Shown: one piece after another, positions 16,318-25,658 of the stretch
Layout of the letters: every line of letters starts with the position of its first letter
How positions within the stretch are numbered: the stretch's first letter is position 1
Assembly (NCBI GenBank): GCA_903908015.1
Contig: CAIVQI010000100.1
Coordinates: 1-31,908, forward strand
DNA: 31,908 nucleotides
DNA from: an uncultured Bacteroidota bacterium
Lineage (GTDB): Bacteria > Bacteroidota > Bacteroidia > UBA7662
Reading direction: 5' to 3'
The notes under the pieces: model-generated
Database searches by the model: none
The model's input: only the letters and a program-made list of their open reading frames with translations
Told to the model about the DNA's origin: nothing
Made by a program: the position numbers and the translations under genes

Positions 16318-17586
16318 TTAATCGGTCAATCGATTCAAATCGTGGAGTCGTTCCACACAATGGTTGAGGCACCAGGAGCGAAGTGATTCAACAGGTAGCG
16401 ATTCGAGCAGATCGCGCACAAAAGCTTCCTGCAGCATCAACCTTGCCTGAATTTCTGATAGTCCACGCGAACGCATGTAGTGCACCTCACCAGCATCCAA
16501 CATGCCTGTTGTGGCCCCATGTGAGCATTTCACGTCGTCGGCATAGATCTCCAGTTCGGGTTTGGCGTTTGAAACAGCCGATTCATGCATCAGGAGACTC
16601 GCATGATGCTGGTATGCATCTGTCTTCTGAGCAGCTGGATCAACATATACTTTGCCGTTGAACACTGATGTCCCTTCATGACCTACCAGAGAGCGGTAAC
16701 GCTGTCGGCTGCTGCAGTTGGGGGAGATGTGTCGCATCAAAGTCTGGTTATCGAGGTGCTCATTACGACCTGGAAGCACCAGTCCTGTGAGCTCTGTATG
16801 TGCCATTTGCCCTTCCTGTGAAACCGTCAATTGATTTCTGACCTTTTTTCCGCCCGAGCAGTAGGCAAAGTGCGCGTATTGGCTTTCTCTTTCTTGGGCA
16901 ACCAAAACCTGCTGAATGCACTCCTGGGAATTGGCCCACAATTGGAGTTGATTGTGTTTGAGATTTGCCCCGATACCTACGTGAATTTCATAAACGGATA
17001 GCGACATGCCCGCTCCATCGCCTTCCAAAATCTCAGAAAGCGTGAGGGATGAATGGGGTGCTAAGCGAACCACATGATGGCATGGTAGTACTTGTTTCGC
17101 CTCAGTGATTTCGTTGATGGTCTGAATCAATAGAGGCTTTTGGGCCACCACATCTTTTTTCACGTCTATGAAGAGGCCAGCTGCATGCTGTGCCATGGCC
17201 CACTGACTAAAATAATGGCCATGCTTCATAGCGAGCGCACCAAATGGCAAACCAGATTCCTCTGAATGTTGCACATCGGCCTCAGTTAGACTCCTGATCG
17301 AGATCCCTGAAGAAGGATCAGGGAGCTGGCTCAAATTGGGTTGAATCACCCCATTTTTCACCACCACAATCCAAGTGTCATCTCCCAAGGGGATTTTTGG
17401 GACTGATAAAGGAGTGCGATCGTCTTGGCTAAGTGCTGATGGAAGTTGTATTTTATACTGTTGGAACTGGGGAAAATGGGTATATTTCCAATCCTCGTGA
17501 CGAAAATCAGGGGGCTCATGGGTCAAATGCTTGTCGGAAGCCTGACCAAGATGCGGAAATTTGGTCATCATCTCTGTGTTTGTCAT
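16318..17586 (-). CDS. sufD: Fe-S cluster assembly protein SufD
   Basis: EDWKYT, VFNGKVYV..AQKTDAYQ, AKPELEIYADDVKCSHGATTG and YMRSRG. ATG at 17586 overlaps the sufC stop (TGATG). Confidence 0.92.
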   Translation of the reverse strand: MTNTEMMTKFPHLGQASDKHLTHEPPDFRHEDWKYTHFPQFQQYKIQLPSALSQDDRTPLSVPKIPLGDDTWIVVVKNGVIQPNLSQLPDPSSGISIRSLTEADVQHSEESGLPFGALAMKHGHYFSQWAMAQHAAGLFIDVKKDVVAQKPLLIQTINEITEAKQVLPCHHVVRLAPHSSLTLSEILEGDGAGMSLSVYEIHVGIGANLKHNQLQLWANSQECIQQVLVAQERESQYAHFAYCSGGKKVRNQLTVSQEGQMAHTELTGLVLPGRNEHLDNQTLMRHISPNCSSRQRYRSLVGHEGTSVFNGKVYVDPAAQKTDAYQHHASLLMHESAVSNAKPELEIYADDVKCSHGATTGMLDAGEVHYMRSRGLSEIQARLMLQEAFVRDLLESLPVESLRSWCLNHCVERLHDLNRLTD

Positions 17587-18344
17587 CACGATGAAACCTC
17601 CTGTTCTGCACGTATCCAATCGTAGCCTTTTTCCTCTAAGGTTAATGCGAGGGTACGGTCTCCACTCATCACAATAGCTCCGTCCATTAATACATGCACT
17701 CGATCTGGAATAATATACTCCAGAAGTCGCTGATAGTGGGTGATCACCAGCATAGAGCGCTGCGCATGCCTGAGTTTGTTGACACCTTCTGCCACGATAC
17801 GCAACGCGTCTATATCGAGACCCGAATCTGTTTCATCAAGTATGGCCATTCTGGGTTCGAGCATGGCCATCTGAAAAATCTCATTTCTCTTTTTCTCACC
17901 ACCTGAAAACCCCTGATTTACGGGTCTTCTTATAAGTTCTTGACTTAACTCAACCATGGCAGCCTTCTCCCGCATCAGGGCCAGAAACGCAGAAGCATCG
18001 AGCTCGGGCTCCCCCAGATATTTTCTTCTTTCATTCACGCAAGCCCTTAAAAAAGAACTAAGCCCAACACCCGGAAGCTCAACAGGGTATTGAAAGGCCA
18101 GAAAAATCCCCGCTCTCGATCGGATCTCTGGCTCCCAATCTAAAATCTCCTGCCCATCTAGCCTAATGCTACCCGAAATGTCGTAACCGTCTTTGCCCGC
18201 GATAATGGATGAAAGGGTTGACTTCCCCGATCCGTTGGGCCCCATAATCGCATGCACCTCGCCCGAAGGGATATTGAGATTTATACCTTTGAGGATTTCC
18301 TTGCCTTCGATAGAGGCCCTGAGGTTTTCAATTTCCAATAACAT
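17586..18344 (-). CDS. sufC: Fe-S cluster assembly ATPase SufC
   Basis: GPNGSGKST, FLAFQYPVE, FSGGEKKRNEI, ILDETDSGLDIDAL and ITHYQRLL. Confidence 0.96.
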   Translation of the reverse strand: MLLEIENLRASIEGKEILKGINLNIPSGEVHAIMGPNGSGKSTLSSIIAGKDGYDISGSIRLDGQEILDWEPEIRSRAGIFLAFQYPVELPGVGLSSFLRACVNERRKYLGEPELDASAFLALMREKAAMVELSQELIRRPVNQGFSGGEKKRNEIFQMAMLEPRMAILDETDSGLDIDALRIVAEGVNKLRHAQRSMLVITHYQRLLEYIIPDRVHVLMDGAIVMSGDRTLALTLEEKGYDWIRAEQEVSS

Positions 18345-18413
18345 ATTTGTTCGCTCTCGTTTTCTTTTTTGTTAGTTTGAAGACATGTTAATACTCCAAT
18401 TGTAGACAGATGC

Positions 18414-19862
18414 TTATCCCACCGAGCCCTCTAAAGAAATGGCCAATAGCTTTCGGGCTTCCACAGCGAATTCCATCGGAAGGTGATCCAGAACCTCTCG
18501 GGCGTAGCCATTTACGATCATGGCAATTGCCGATTCACGGCTCAAGCCCCGTTGGGTGCAGTAGAAGAGGATGTCCTCTGCAATTTTGGAGGTTGTCGCT
18601 TCATGTTCTACAATGGCTGTGGGTTGATGAATCTCAAAGTAAGGAAAGGTGTGTGCGCCGCAACGGTTGCCCATCAACAGGGAGTCGCATTGAGAATAAT
18701 TTCGGGCTTTAAAGGCTGATTTGCGAATTTTAACCAGACCACGATAACTGTTCTGACTCCGTCCGGCACTAATGCCTTTGCTTACAATTCTACTTTGGGT
18801 ATTCTTTCCGATGTGAATCATCTTGGTTCCAGTATCGGCTTGTTGCAGATGCGTGGTCATGGCGACTGAATAAAACGCTCCACGACTATCATCTCCTTGT
18901 AAAACCACGCTCGGATATTTCCATGTAATGGCGGATCCCGTCTCCACCTGTGTCCATGAGATTTTACTTGAAACGCCTTTACATAAACCTCTTTTTGTCA
19001 CAAAGTTATATATTCCACCCTTGCCATCTTTATCGCCCGGATACCAATTTTGTACGGTTGAATATTTTATCTCCCCTCGATCCATCGCCACCAGTTCAAC
19101 AACGGCAGCATGAAGTTGATTTTCGTCGCGTTTTGGGGCCGTACAACCCTCAAGGTAGCTTACATAACTATCCTCGGAGGCCACGATAAGGGTTCGTTCG
19201 AACTGTCCTGTTCCACGGGCGTTGATGCGGAAATATGTGCTCAATTCCATAGGGCAATGAACCCCGGGTGGAATAAATACGAAAGAACCATCGGTAAAAA
19301 CGGCGCTGTTCAAGGCCGCAAAAAAGTTGTCGGTAAAAGGAACCACTGTTCCGAGGTAGGCGCGCACCAATTCAGGGTAAAGATGAACGGCCTCACTGAT
19401 GGAACAAAAAATGACTCCCTTTTCGGCAAGTTTTTCTTTGAAGGTGGTGACTACAGATACAGAATCCAAAACGGCATCAACGGCGACGCCAGCCAGCATC
19501 ATTTGTTCCTCAAGTGGAATGCCCAATCGGTCGTAGGTCGACTTAATTTCAGGGTCGAGTTCGTCGAGGCTATTCAATACCGGAGCGGATTTTGGTGCTG
19601 CGTAATAGCTGATGTCTTGATAGTCTATTGGTGGATAGGTCAGTTTTGGCCATTTGGGCTCTTTTAAACCCAGCCAATGTTTGTAGGCTTTTAATCTCCA
19701 TTGGAGCAGCCACTCAGGTTCATTCTTCCGCTGAGAAATGAAACGAATGGTTTCCTCAGACAATCCTTTTGGGATAATCTCCTGTTCAATGTCGCTTTCA
19801 AATCCGTGTGGATATGCTCGTTCACTAAGTTGTTCCAGCAGCTCCTGTTCCGATTGGGCCAT
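18414..19862 (-). CDS. sufB: Fe-S cluster assembly scaffold SufB
   Basis: [57 protein letters not shown] and EHEATTSKI. No intein-sized insertion. Confidence 0.97.
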   Translation of the reverse strand: MAQSEQELLEQLSERAYPHGFESDIEQEIIPKGLSEETIRFISQRKNEPEWLLQWRLKAYKHWLGLKEPKWPKLTYPPIDYQDISYYAAPKSAPVLNSLDELDPEIKSTYDRLGIPLEEQMMLAGVAVDAVLDSVSVVTTFKEKLAEKGVIFCSISEAVHLYPELVRAYLGTVVPFTDNFFAALNSAVFTDGSFVFIPPGVHCPMELSTYFRINARGTGQFERTLIVASEDSYVSYLEGCTAPKRDENQLHAAVVELVAMDRGEIKYSTVQNWYPGDKDGKGGIYNFVTKRGLCKGVSSKISWTQVETGSAITWKYPSVVLQGDDSRGAFYSVAMTTHLQQADTGTKMIHIGKNTQSRIVSKGISAGRSQNSYRGLVKIRKSAFKARNYSQCDSLLMGNRCGAHTFPYFEIHQPTAIVEHEATTSKIAEDILFYCTQRGLSRESAIAMIVNGYAREVLDHLPMEFAVEARKLLAISLEGSVG

Positions 19863-19912
19863 GAATGTGACGGGTTGTGATGAATGCTGTTAATAAAATC
19901 TAATATGAGTAA

Positions 19913-19920
19913 CAAAGGTA
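19913..19920 (-). promoter_or_regulatory. -7 promoter element of the suf operon
   Basis: Minus-strand TACCTTTG (perfect TAnnTTTG), about 50 nt upstream of the sufB ATG. A TTTG lies 23 nt further upstream. Confidence 0.7.
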
Positions 19921-19974
19921 CCGCTTTTCTGTTTGCGCTTCTTCAAAACAAACAGGGTGAGATGCGGAATGGGT

Positions 19975-20763
19975 TCACGATGGCTGCCAAACAATGGGCT
20001 CTTTATTCAGAAACAAGCCAATTCCCTTGCGGCATTCATCAGAAGATCTGGTCTCGGCATTGCGCAATGCGGCCAAATCAAGTGCGTCATTGAGTGATAA
20101 ATCCTGAACGTCTGCAAGTAGTTTTCGGGTTGCAGCCAAACTACCTGGTGCACATCGAGATGCAATGTTTTTTGCAAATGAATCTACAGTCGCCACAATG
20201 TCATCTGCCGCAACAACAAAACTGATGATACCGTATCTCAATGCCTCTCGAGCGTCGAGGGTATCGCCACTCAGCAGCAATTCCCGTGCTCGTGCATCGC
20301 CAATTTTTCTGACCAGGAATACGGAAACTAGCGCAGGTATAAAGCCAATGCGAACCTCCGTGTATCCAAATGTAGCGGAAGGAACGGCGAAACAGAAATC
20401 ACATAGAGTGGCCAAACCGCACCCTCCTGCCAAGGCTGGTCCCTCCACCCTTGCAATAAGGACTTTTGGACTGTCATACATCAATTTGTACAGTTCCATC
20501 AGGGCTCTGGAATCTGCCAGATTCTCTTCAAGAGAGTTGTTTTGTAGCGATTGCAAATAAGAAAGGTCTGCACCTGCACTAAAGGCAGGACCATGGCCAG
20601 CAAACACAATGATTCGGCAGGAAGCATCTTCGATGAAGATGTGCAATGCCATTTTCAATTCTGAAACCAACTGGTCATTAAAGGCATTCCTTTTATCGGG
20701 TCGGTTCAAGGTGATTCGACCTATTCCTTCTTCAATGAGCGCCTCGATGTATTGATATTCCAT
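19975..20763 (-). CDS. Enoyl-CoA hydratase/isomerase (crotonase) family, methylglutaconyl-CoA hydratase-like
   Basis: ITLNRPDKRNAF, AFSAGADL, ALAGGCGL, TEVRIGFIPA and ECRKGIGLFLNK. Start taken at MEYQYI (20763). Confidence 0.9.
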   Translation of the reverse strand: MEYQYIEALIEEGIGRITLNRPDKRNAFNDQLVSELKMALHIFIEDASCRIIVFAGHGPAFSAGADLSYLQSLQNNSLEENLADSRALMELYKLMYDSPKVLIARVEGPALAGGCGLATLCDFCFAVPSATFGYTEVRIGFIPALVSVFLVRKIGDARARELLLSGDTLDAREALRYGIISFVVAADDIVATVDSFAKNIASRCAPGSLAATRKLLADVQDLSLNDALDLAALRNAETRSSDECRKGIGLFLNKEPIVWQPS

Positions 20764-22805
20764 AGGTTGATGGCTCCTTTCTCGGAGACGCAATAGCAAG
20801 ATGTCTGTTTGCGCCCCACCATGAGCGTTTTAAGTTGGTTGCAAAAATACGGCTTATAACCCGATCCTAAAATGAGCGTCTGATATTTGTCAGCCAGCTT
20901 TAGGATCATGTCGTTTTTTAATTTGGCCTCCAAAATGAGAACATCCGCAGTGGGCATATCGATCATTCGCTCTTCATCCAATTGCGCTGCCCAAAGCGCT
21001 GTTTTGTCTTGCCAATGAATCCAGACAAGTCCATTGTTGGGTATAGGGGTGATGCGCCCAACACCCTCACTGTTGATGGGATCAATGGAAACAAACATCA
21101 TTGAATCGGATAAATTCTGCCAGGACCATGCTTGTTGACCTACCCTGATTGCTGCCGAACCCTGTCTGTAGCCTTCATACACATAAAACGCGCGGCTTTG
21201 GCTCATTTGTATCATCTGTACAAGGCTGATCACATACCAAACAATGGAAATCACCAAGGTGGCCAGTCGGGCCGATTTGCTTCGCATGAGCCATCCCAGT
21301 GGAATGCATGCAACCAGGGCAAAGGCCAGGATGAAATCTGTTCGTGTCCAATACCATCCAGTGCTCTGAGCGTGGGGTAGAGCGGCAATCAAAACGGTGA
21401 TTTCATTGATGCAATAGAGCAAAGCAAAAAGGGGATAAGCGAATAATTGAGCTAGTGGCGGCACAACTTGAAGGATTGTGAGCAAAAGGGCTCCTATCAA
21501 TGCTGGGGCGGATAGGGGAACCACCAATAGGTTGGCAGGAAGAAAATAGACCGGAAAAGAGTGGAAGAAATACAAAACCAATGGCAGGGTAAACCATTGT
21601 GCTGAAACCGACAAGGAGGAAAGTTCCCAGGCCTTATCGAGCCACTTATTTTTGGTCCAATACAGTGAAAACAAACGGGGATGAAGAAATAGTATGCCGA
21701 AAACGGCTGCATAAGACAATAGGAATCCTGGTTGTAAAGGAAGTCTCGGGTCAATCCAGATTTGGATCAAGGCAGAGGCCGACATCAGATTATAAGATGA
21801 AGCGTGTCTGCTCCATAGTTTGCCCATGGAAGCCAGGCTAAACATTCCGGAGGCGCGAACCACAGATGGAGAAAGTCCGGTGAGCAATGCATAGGACCAC
21901 AGCATCAGTAAGGTGCTCAAGATAGAAGGCCTTTTCGACAGCCGCAACAATTTGAACATAAGCCAGGTGCACATCACATAGAAGATACCTACGTGCATTC
22001 CCGAAACCGCCATCAAATGAATGAGTCCGCTTCCCGAAAACGCTTGTTCCATGTCTTCATTCATCCCTTGGCGTTCACCCAAGAGAATCGCGCAGGCCAA
22101 GGCAGCTTCACGCTCGGGGAGATAGGCATATATTGTTCGACAAACCTGAACGCTGAGTCTTTGTGCCCGGTGTCTCAGACTGATGGGCAGCATCGGTTTA
22201 CAATGAGCTATTTGGATTTGATCAGAAGCGGTCTTGAGACGACCTGACAGACCCTTGTTTTGGGCGTTCCCTTCGGAGTCAAACGCATTTGGGTTTCGTA
22301 AATTAACAAACCGACTCAAACGCGCGTTTTGAACAACAATAAATGTTCCGGGAGGCGGCGCGCGCCATTCGGTGTCGGTCTCTAGCCGAATGCGTGATTG
22401 AAAGCGGATGGCAGAATCGGATTTGCTTGAACCAATCCAACGGCAGACCATCCGTATGCGGTTACGGCTTGTATCGGCTACGCCATCTATCTGTAATAAG
22501 CAGGCCTCCACCGGGGATTCGGGTGGCAGACGGCTCTGGTAATTCGCATGTTGCAGGCTGCGGTTGAACCAAACCAATAAGAGAATACACAGGCCAGATG
22601 ATAGTCCTGTGATCCAGCGAAGGGTAAATCGCCCGGTGATCTGTGCCATCAACCCGATGTGTAGGGCTGGTAATAGGGGTATCGTCCACATCCAGCATGA
22701 ACTTTGGTCGATGTATAGAGGAGGGAGAAGCAGGGCAAAACCCATCCACAGTAAGACACGGAAAAAGGGGACTTCAGCCCATAAAAAAAAGACCGGACGA
22801 ACCAT
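20721..22805 (-). CDS. comEC: ComEC/Rec2-family competence membrane protein
   Basis: AILLGER, SGLIHLMAVSGMHVG, LTGLSPSVVRA, PGFLLSYAAVFGIL, AQWFTLPL and ANLLVVP, with multiple TM segments. Confidence 0.9.
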   Translation of the reverse strand: MVRPVFFLWAEVPFFRVLLWMGFALLLPPLYIDQSSCWMWTIPLLPALHIGLMAQITGRFTLRWITGLSSGLCILLLVWFNRSLQHANYQSRLPPESPVEACLLQIDGVADTSRNRIRMVCRWIGSSKSDSAIRFQSRIRLETDTEWRAPPPGTFIVVQNARLSRFVNLRNPNAFDSEGNAQNKGLSGRLKTASDQIQIAHCKPMLPISLRHRAQRLSVQVCRTIYAYLPEREAALACAILLGERQGMNEDMEQAFSGSGLIHLMAVSGMHVGIFYVMCTWLMFKLLRLSKRPSILSTLLMLWSYALLTGLSPSVVRASGMFSLASMGKLWSRHASSYNLMSASALIQIWIDPRLPLQPGFLLSYAAVFGILFLHPRLFSLYWTKNKWLDKAWELSSLSVSAQWFTLPLVLYFFHSFPVYFLPANLLVVPLSAPALIGALLLTILQVVPPLAQLFAYPLFALLYCINEITVLIAALPHAQSTGWYWTRTDFILAFALVACIPLGWLMRSKSARLATLVISIVWYVISLVQMIQMSQSRAFYVYEGYRQGSAAIRVGQQAWSWQNLSDSMMFVSIDPINSEGVGRITPIPNNGLVWIHWQDKTALWAAQLDEERMIDMPTADVLILEAKLKNDMILKLADKYQTLILGSGYKPYFCNQLKTLMVGRKQTSCYCVSEKGAINLWNINTSRRSLKKE

Positions 22806-22809
22806 GAGG

Positions 22810-22817
22810 CAAAAATC
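22810..22817 (-). promoter_or_regulatory. Possible -7 element for comEC
   Basis: Minus-strand GATTTTTG (one mismatch to TAnnTTTG), 4 nt before the ATG. Confidence 0.4.
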
Positions 22818-22872
22818 GCATGGTCATCAGGCACTAGTCGTGTGGCAAACGACTGTATCCGAAAGCAGGTGA

Positions 22873-23322
22873 TTATCTAATCAATTCGCATAAAAAATGA
22901 GGGATGTTGGCTTCAAAAAAGCGATTGCCTGTTGGACTAAATCCAGTTGATTCATAAAAGCCGAGGGCATGTTCCTGCGCATGCAAATAGACTTTTCGGC
23001 CGTCCTTGGGGAGCAGCAAAAGGGCCTCTTGAAGCATGGAACGACCAATCCCCAGTTTTCGAAAGTTTGCGAGCACGGCCATGCGTTCAATTTTCCAGCC
23101 TTTTTCGGTAGATCTAAATCGAGCCGTGCCTACGGCCTTCTGGTTCCAAAGCGCGATTAAATGGACAGCTGATGTTTCAAATTCATCGTACTCCTCTTCG
23201 GGGTCTACGCCTTGTTCCAATACAAAAACCTGTTTTCGGATGTCAAAAATTGTGGGTAAATCAGTTTCCTCAGCTGCTCTGATCAGCAGTGCTGTTGGTG
23301 CTTCGTTGGGGTTTGTCTTCAT
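22873..23322 (-). CDS. GNAT N-acetyltransferase (ElaA/YjcF-like)
   Basis: IRKQVFVLEQGV, AVGTARF, KIERMAVLANFRKLGIG, YLHAQEHALGFY and FFEANIPH. Confidence 0.9.
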   Translation of the reverse strand: MKTNPNEAPTALLIRAAEETDLPTIFDIRKQVFVLEQGVDPEEEYDEFETSAVHLIALWNQKAVGTARFRSTEKGWKIERMAVLANFRKLGIGRSMLQEALLLLPKDGRKVYLHAQEHALGFYESTGFSPTGNRFFEANIPHFLCELIR

Positions 23323-23340
23323 ATTCTGTCCGCAATTTCG

Positions 23341-23348
23341 TATTTTTG
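23341..23348 (+). promoter_or_regulatory. -7 promoter element for fbaB-accD
   Basis: TATTTTTG followed by CA, 23 nt upstream of the fbaB ATG. Confidence 0.7.
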
Positions 23349-23371
23349 CATTTTAGATTAGTACAATTTTT

Positions 23372-24430
23372 ATGAGCCAAACCCACATTCAGAACATTTT
23401 AGGTGACCAGGCCGCTTACTTGTTGGATCATCGTTGTCAAACCATCCCTGCTGCCCAGCTACATGTACCAGGTCCCGATTTTATCGACCGGGTTTGGTCA
23501 GATTCCAACCGCAACATCCCAACCTTGAGAAGTTTGCAGTCGCTCTACAAGCATGGAAGACTCGCAGGCAGCGGTTTTCTGAGCATTTTGCCAGTCGATC
23601 AGGGCATTGAACATTCGGCAGGCGCATCATTTGCCCCGAATCCCATCTATTTCGACCCTGCCAACATCGTAGAACTGGCCATTGAAGGCGGCTGTAATGC
23701 AGTTGCATCTACTTATGGCGTGTTATCGTCTGTGGCCCGACGCTATGCGCATAAAATTCCATTTGTGGTGAAAATTAACCACAATGAATTTCTGAGCTAC
23801 CCCAATCGATACGATCAGATTCTGTTTGGTACCATACAAGACGCATGGAATATGGGGGCAGTGGCTGTGGGTGCAACCATTTATTTCGGCTCTGAAGAGT
23901 CGGGTCGACAAATCGTGGAGATTGCAAAGGCCTTCGAACACGCCCATCAGTTGGGTATGGCTACGATTCTGTGGTGCTACACCCGAAATTCTGGTTTTAA
24001 GGTCGATGGGGTCGACTACCATGCATCCGCCGACCTCACTGGTCAGGCCAATCATTTGGGGGTAACGATTCAGGCCGATATCATCAAACAAAAATTGCCT
24101 GTGAACAATGGAGGTTACTTGGCTACCAAACATGGTAAAACTCATGCCAAGGTATATGATCAGCTCAGCAGCGCGCATCCCATCGATCTTTGTCGGTATC
24201 AGGTAGCCAACTGCTATATGGGCCGAGCAGGGTTGATTAATTCTGGAGGTGAATCCAAAGGCGCGAGCGACGTACAGGAAGCAGTCATTACTGCCGTGGT
24301 GAATAAGCGTGCGGGAGGAACTGGTCTCATTTTGGGTAGAAAGGCATTCCAGAAGCCGATGAAAGAGGGGGTGGCATTGCTGAACGCCGTCCAGGATGTT
24401 TACCTCGATTCCGAAATCAGCTTGGCTTAG
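23372..24430 (+). CDS. fbaB: Class I fructose-bisphosphate aldolase (DhnA/FbaB type)
   Basis: [42 protein letters not shown] (Schiff-base Lys) and [10 protein letters not shown]. Confidence 0.94.
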   Translation: MSQTHIQNILGDQAAYLLDHRCQTIPAAQLHVPGPDFIDRVWSDSNRNIPTLRSLQSLYKHGRLAGSGFLSILPVDQGIEHSAGASFAPNPIYFDPANIVELAIEGGCNAVASTYGVLSSVARRYAHKIPFVVKINHNEFLSYPNRYDQILFGTIQDAWNMGAVAVGATIYFGSEESGRQIVEIAKAFEHAHQLGMATILWCYTRNSGFKVDGVDYHASADLTGQANHLGVTIQADIIKQKLPVNNGGYLATKHGKTHAKVYDQLSSAHPIDLCRYQVANCYMGRAGLINSGGESKGASDVQEAVITAVVNKRAGGTGLILGRKAFQKPMKEGVALLNAVQDVYLDSEISLA

Positions 24431-24439
24431 TTTCGCTGA

Positions 24440-25279
24440 ATGGCTTGGTTTAGAAGATCCACCACTGGTGTAACCAATCAACCCAAACTCGAGGTTCCCG
24501 AAGGTTTGTGGCATAAGTGTCCGTCGTGTAAGGCTGCATTGCTCACGAGCGAACTCAAAGACAACCAATACGTTTGCCCTAAATGCAACTATCATCTGCG
24601 AATTGGTTCTAAAGAGTATTTTGACATTCTTTTTGACGGACAGAAATTCACGGAGCGAGATCATGAATTAATATCGGCCGATCCCCTGGGCTTTGTTGAT
24701 ACCAAACGCTATCTTGATCGGGTGAAGGATGCAAGGGCCAAAAGTGGCCTAAACGATGCCATTCGTACAGCTATTGGTACAGTTGAGGGGGTGGATTTGG
24801 TGGTGACTTGCATGGATTTTGATTTTATCGGAGGTTCAATGGGCTCGGTCATGGGTGAAAAAATTGCACGTGCTGCCGATTATGCCGCCGCCACCCATAC
24901 ACCGCTCCTCATCATTTCCAAATCCGGTGGTGCGCGTATGATGGAGGCTGCTTTTTCGCTGATGCAACTTGCTAAAACATCAGCGCGTCTGGCCCTTTTG
25001 GCTGATGCAGGTGTTCCATATTTGTCATTGATGACAGATCCCACTACAGGTGGTGTTACAGCTTCTTTTGCTATGTTGGGCGATTTTAACCTCGCCGAGC
25101 CAGGTGCCTTGATCGGTTTCGCTGGCCCGCGTGTGATCAAGGAAACCATCGGCAAGGATCTTCCAAAGGGTTTCCAAACGTCTGAATTCCTGCTCGAACA
25201 TGGTTTTCTAGACCGGATTGTTGACCGCAAGGAACTTCGCAAGACCATCGCCCAGATTTTGAGACTACTAAAGGATTAA
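24440..25279 (+). CDS. accD: Acetyl-CoA carboxylase carboxyltransferase beta subunit
   Basis: LWHKCPSC...VCPKCNYH zinc finger, [32 protein letters not shown] and [11 protein letters not shown]. Confidence 0.96.
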   Translation: MAWFRRSTTGVTNQPKLEVPEGLWHKCPSCKAALLTSELKDNQYVCPKCNYHLRIGSKEYFDILFDGQKFTERDHELISADPLGFVDTKRYLDRVKDARAKSGLNDAIRTAIGTVEGVDLVVTCMDFDFIGGSMGSVMGEKIARAADYAAATHTPLLIISKSGGARMMEAAFSLMQLAKTSARLALLADAGVPYLSLMTDPTTGGVTASFAMLGDFNLAEPGALIGFAGPRVIKETIGKDLPKGFQTSEFLLEHGFLDRIVDRKELRKTIAQILRLLKD

Positions 25280-25295
25280 ATTCTGTTTTTTTATC

Positions 25296-25303
25296 TATCT
25301 TTG
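25296..25303 (+). promoter_or_regulatory. -7 promoter element for rpsO-pnp
   Basis: TATCTTTG followed by CG, a canonical Bacteroidota -7 element about 50 nt upstream of rpsO. Confidence 0.8.
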
Positions 25304-25333
25304 CGCCCTCCAAGAACATTTGTCTACTTGGCG
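25304..25333 (+). promoter_or_regulatory. Hairpin in the rpsO 5' leader (candidate S15 autoregulatory element)
   Basis: CCAAG (25310-14) pairs with CTTGG (25327-31), with an inner AC/GT pair. CGCC offers an alternative pairing with GGCG. Confidence 0.4.
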
Positions 25334-25352
25334 ATTGATTAATTAAAACATT

Positions 25353-25622
25353 ATGCATTTAAATACCGCTGACAAGCAAAAAATTTACGCTCAATTTGGC
25401 TCGGGTTCCCAAGATACTGGTTCTGCAGAGAGCCAGATTGCACAATATTCAGTGCGCATTGCTCACCTGACTGAGCACTTGAAAAAGAACCGCAAAGACT
25501 ATTCGACACAGCAAGCCCTGATTAAAATGGTCGGCCGTCGGCGCGATTTGCTGAATTATTTACACCGCATTGACATCATGCGTTACCGCAGTATCGTCGA
25601 AAAGTTGAATCTGCGGAAATAG
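25353..25622 (+). CDS. rpsO: 30S ribosomal protein S15
   Basis: DTGSAESQIA...RIAHLTEHLKKNRKD...KMVGRRRDLLNYL...LNLRK; 89 aa. Confidence 0.97.
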   Translation: MHLNTADKQKIYAQFGSGSQDTGSAESQIAQYSVRIAHLTEHLKKNRKDYSTQQALIKMVGRRRDLLNYLHRIDIMRYRSIVEKLNLRK

Positions 25623-25658
25623 CAGCATTAAAGCGTATTAAATTTTTTACATTGATTA

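Noticed and set aside
16256-16372. N-terminal extension of SufS and the pyrimidine-rich sufD-sufS spacer with CTCATTTG
   Set aside because: The extension overlaps sufD and is Ser/Pro-rich and non-conserved-looking. The promoter-like octamer has two mismatches and no well-spaced -33 element.
19110-19667. 185-aa plus-strand ORF
   Set aside because: Antisense to sufB; shadow ORF.
19885-19906. Possible Fur-type box in the suf leader
   Set aside because: About 10/19 match to the AT-rich palindrome I recall for Bacteroidota Fur, which is near background. Kept only as the shared-motif observation.
19929-19955. Inverted repeat CTGTTTG...CAAACAG downstream of the crotonase gene
   Set aside because: 13-nt loop and no U-tail in the minus-strand direction; not called as a terminator.
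23723-24664. 313-aa minus-strand ORF
   Set aside because: Fully antisense to fbaB and accD, which are strongly conserved. No recognisable motif, so treated as a shadow frame.
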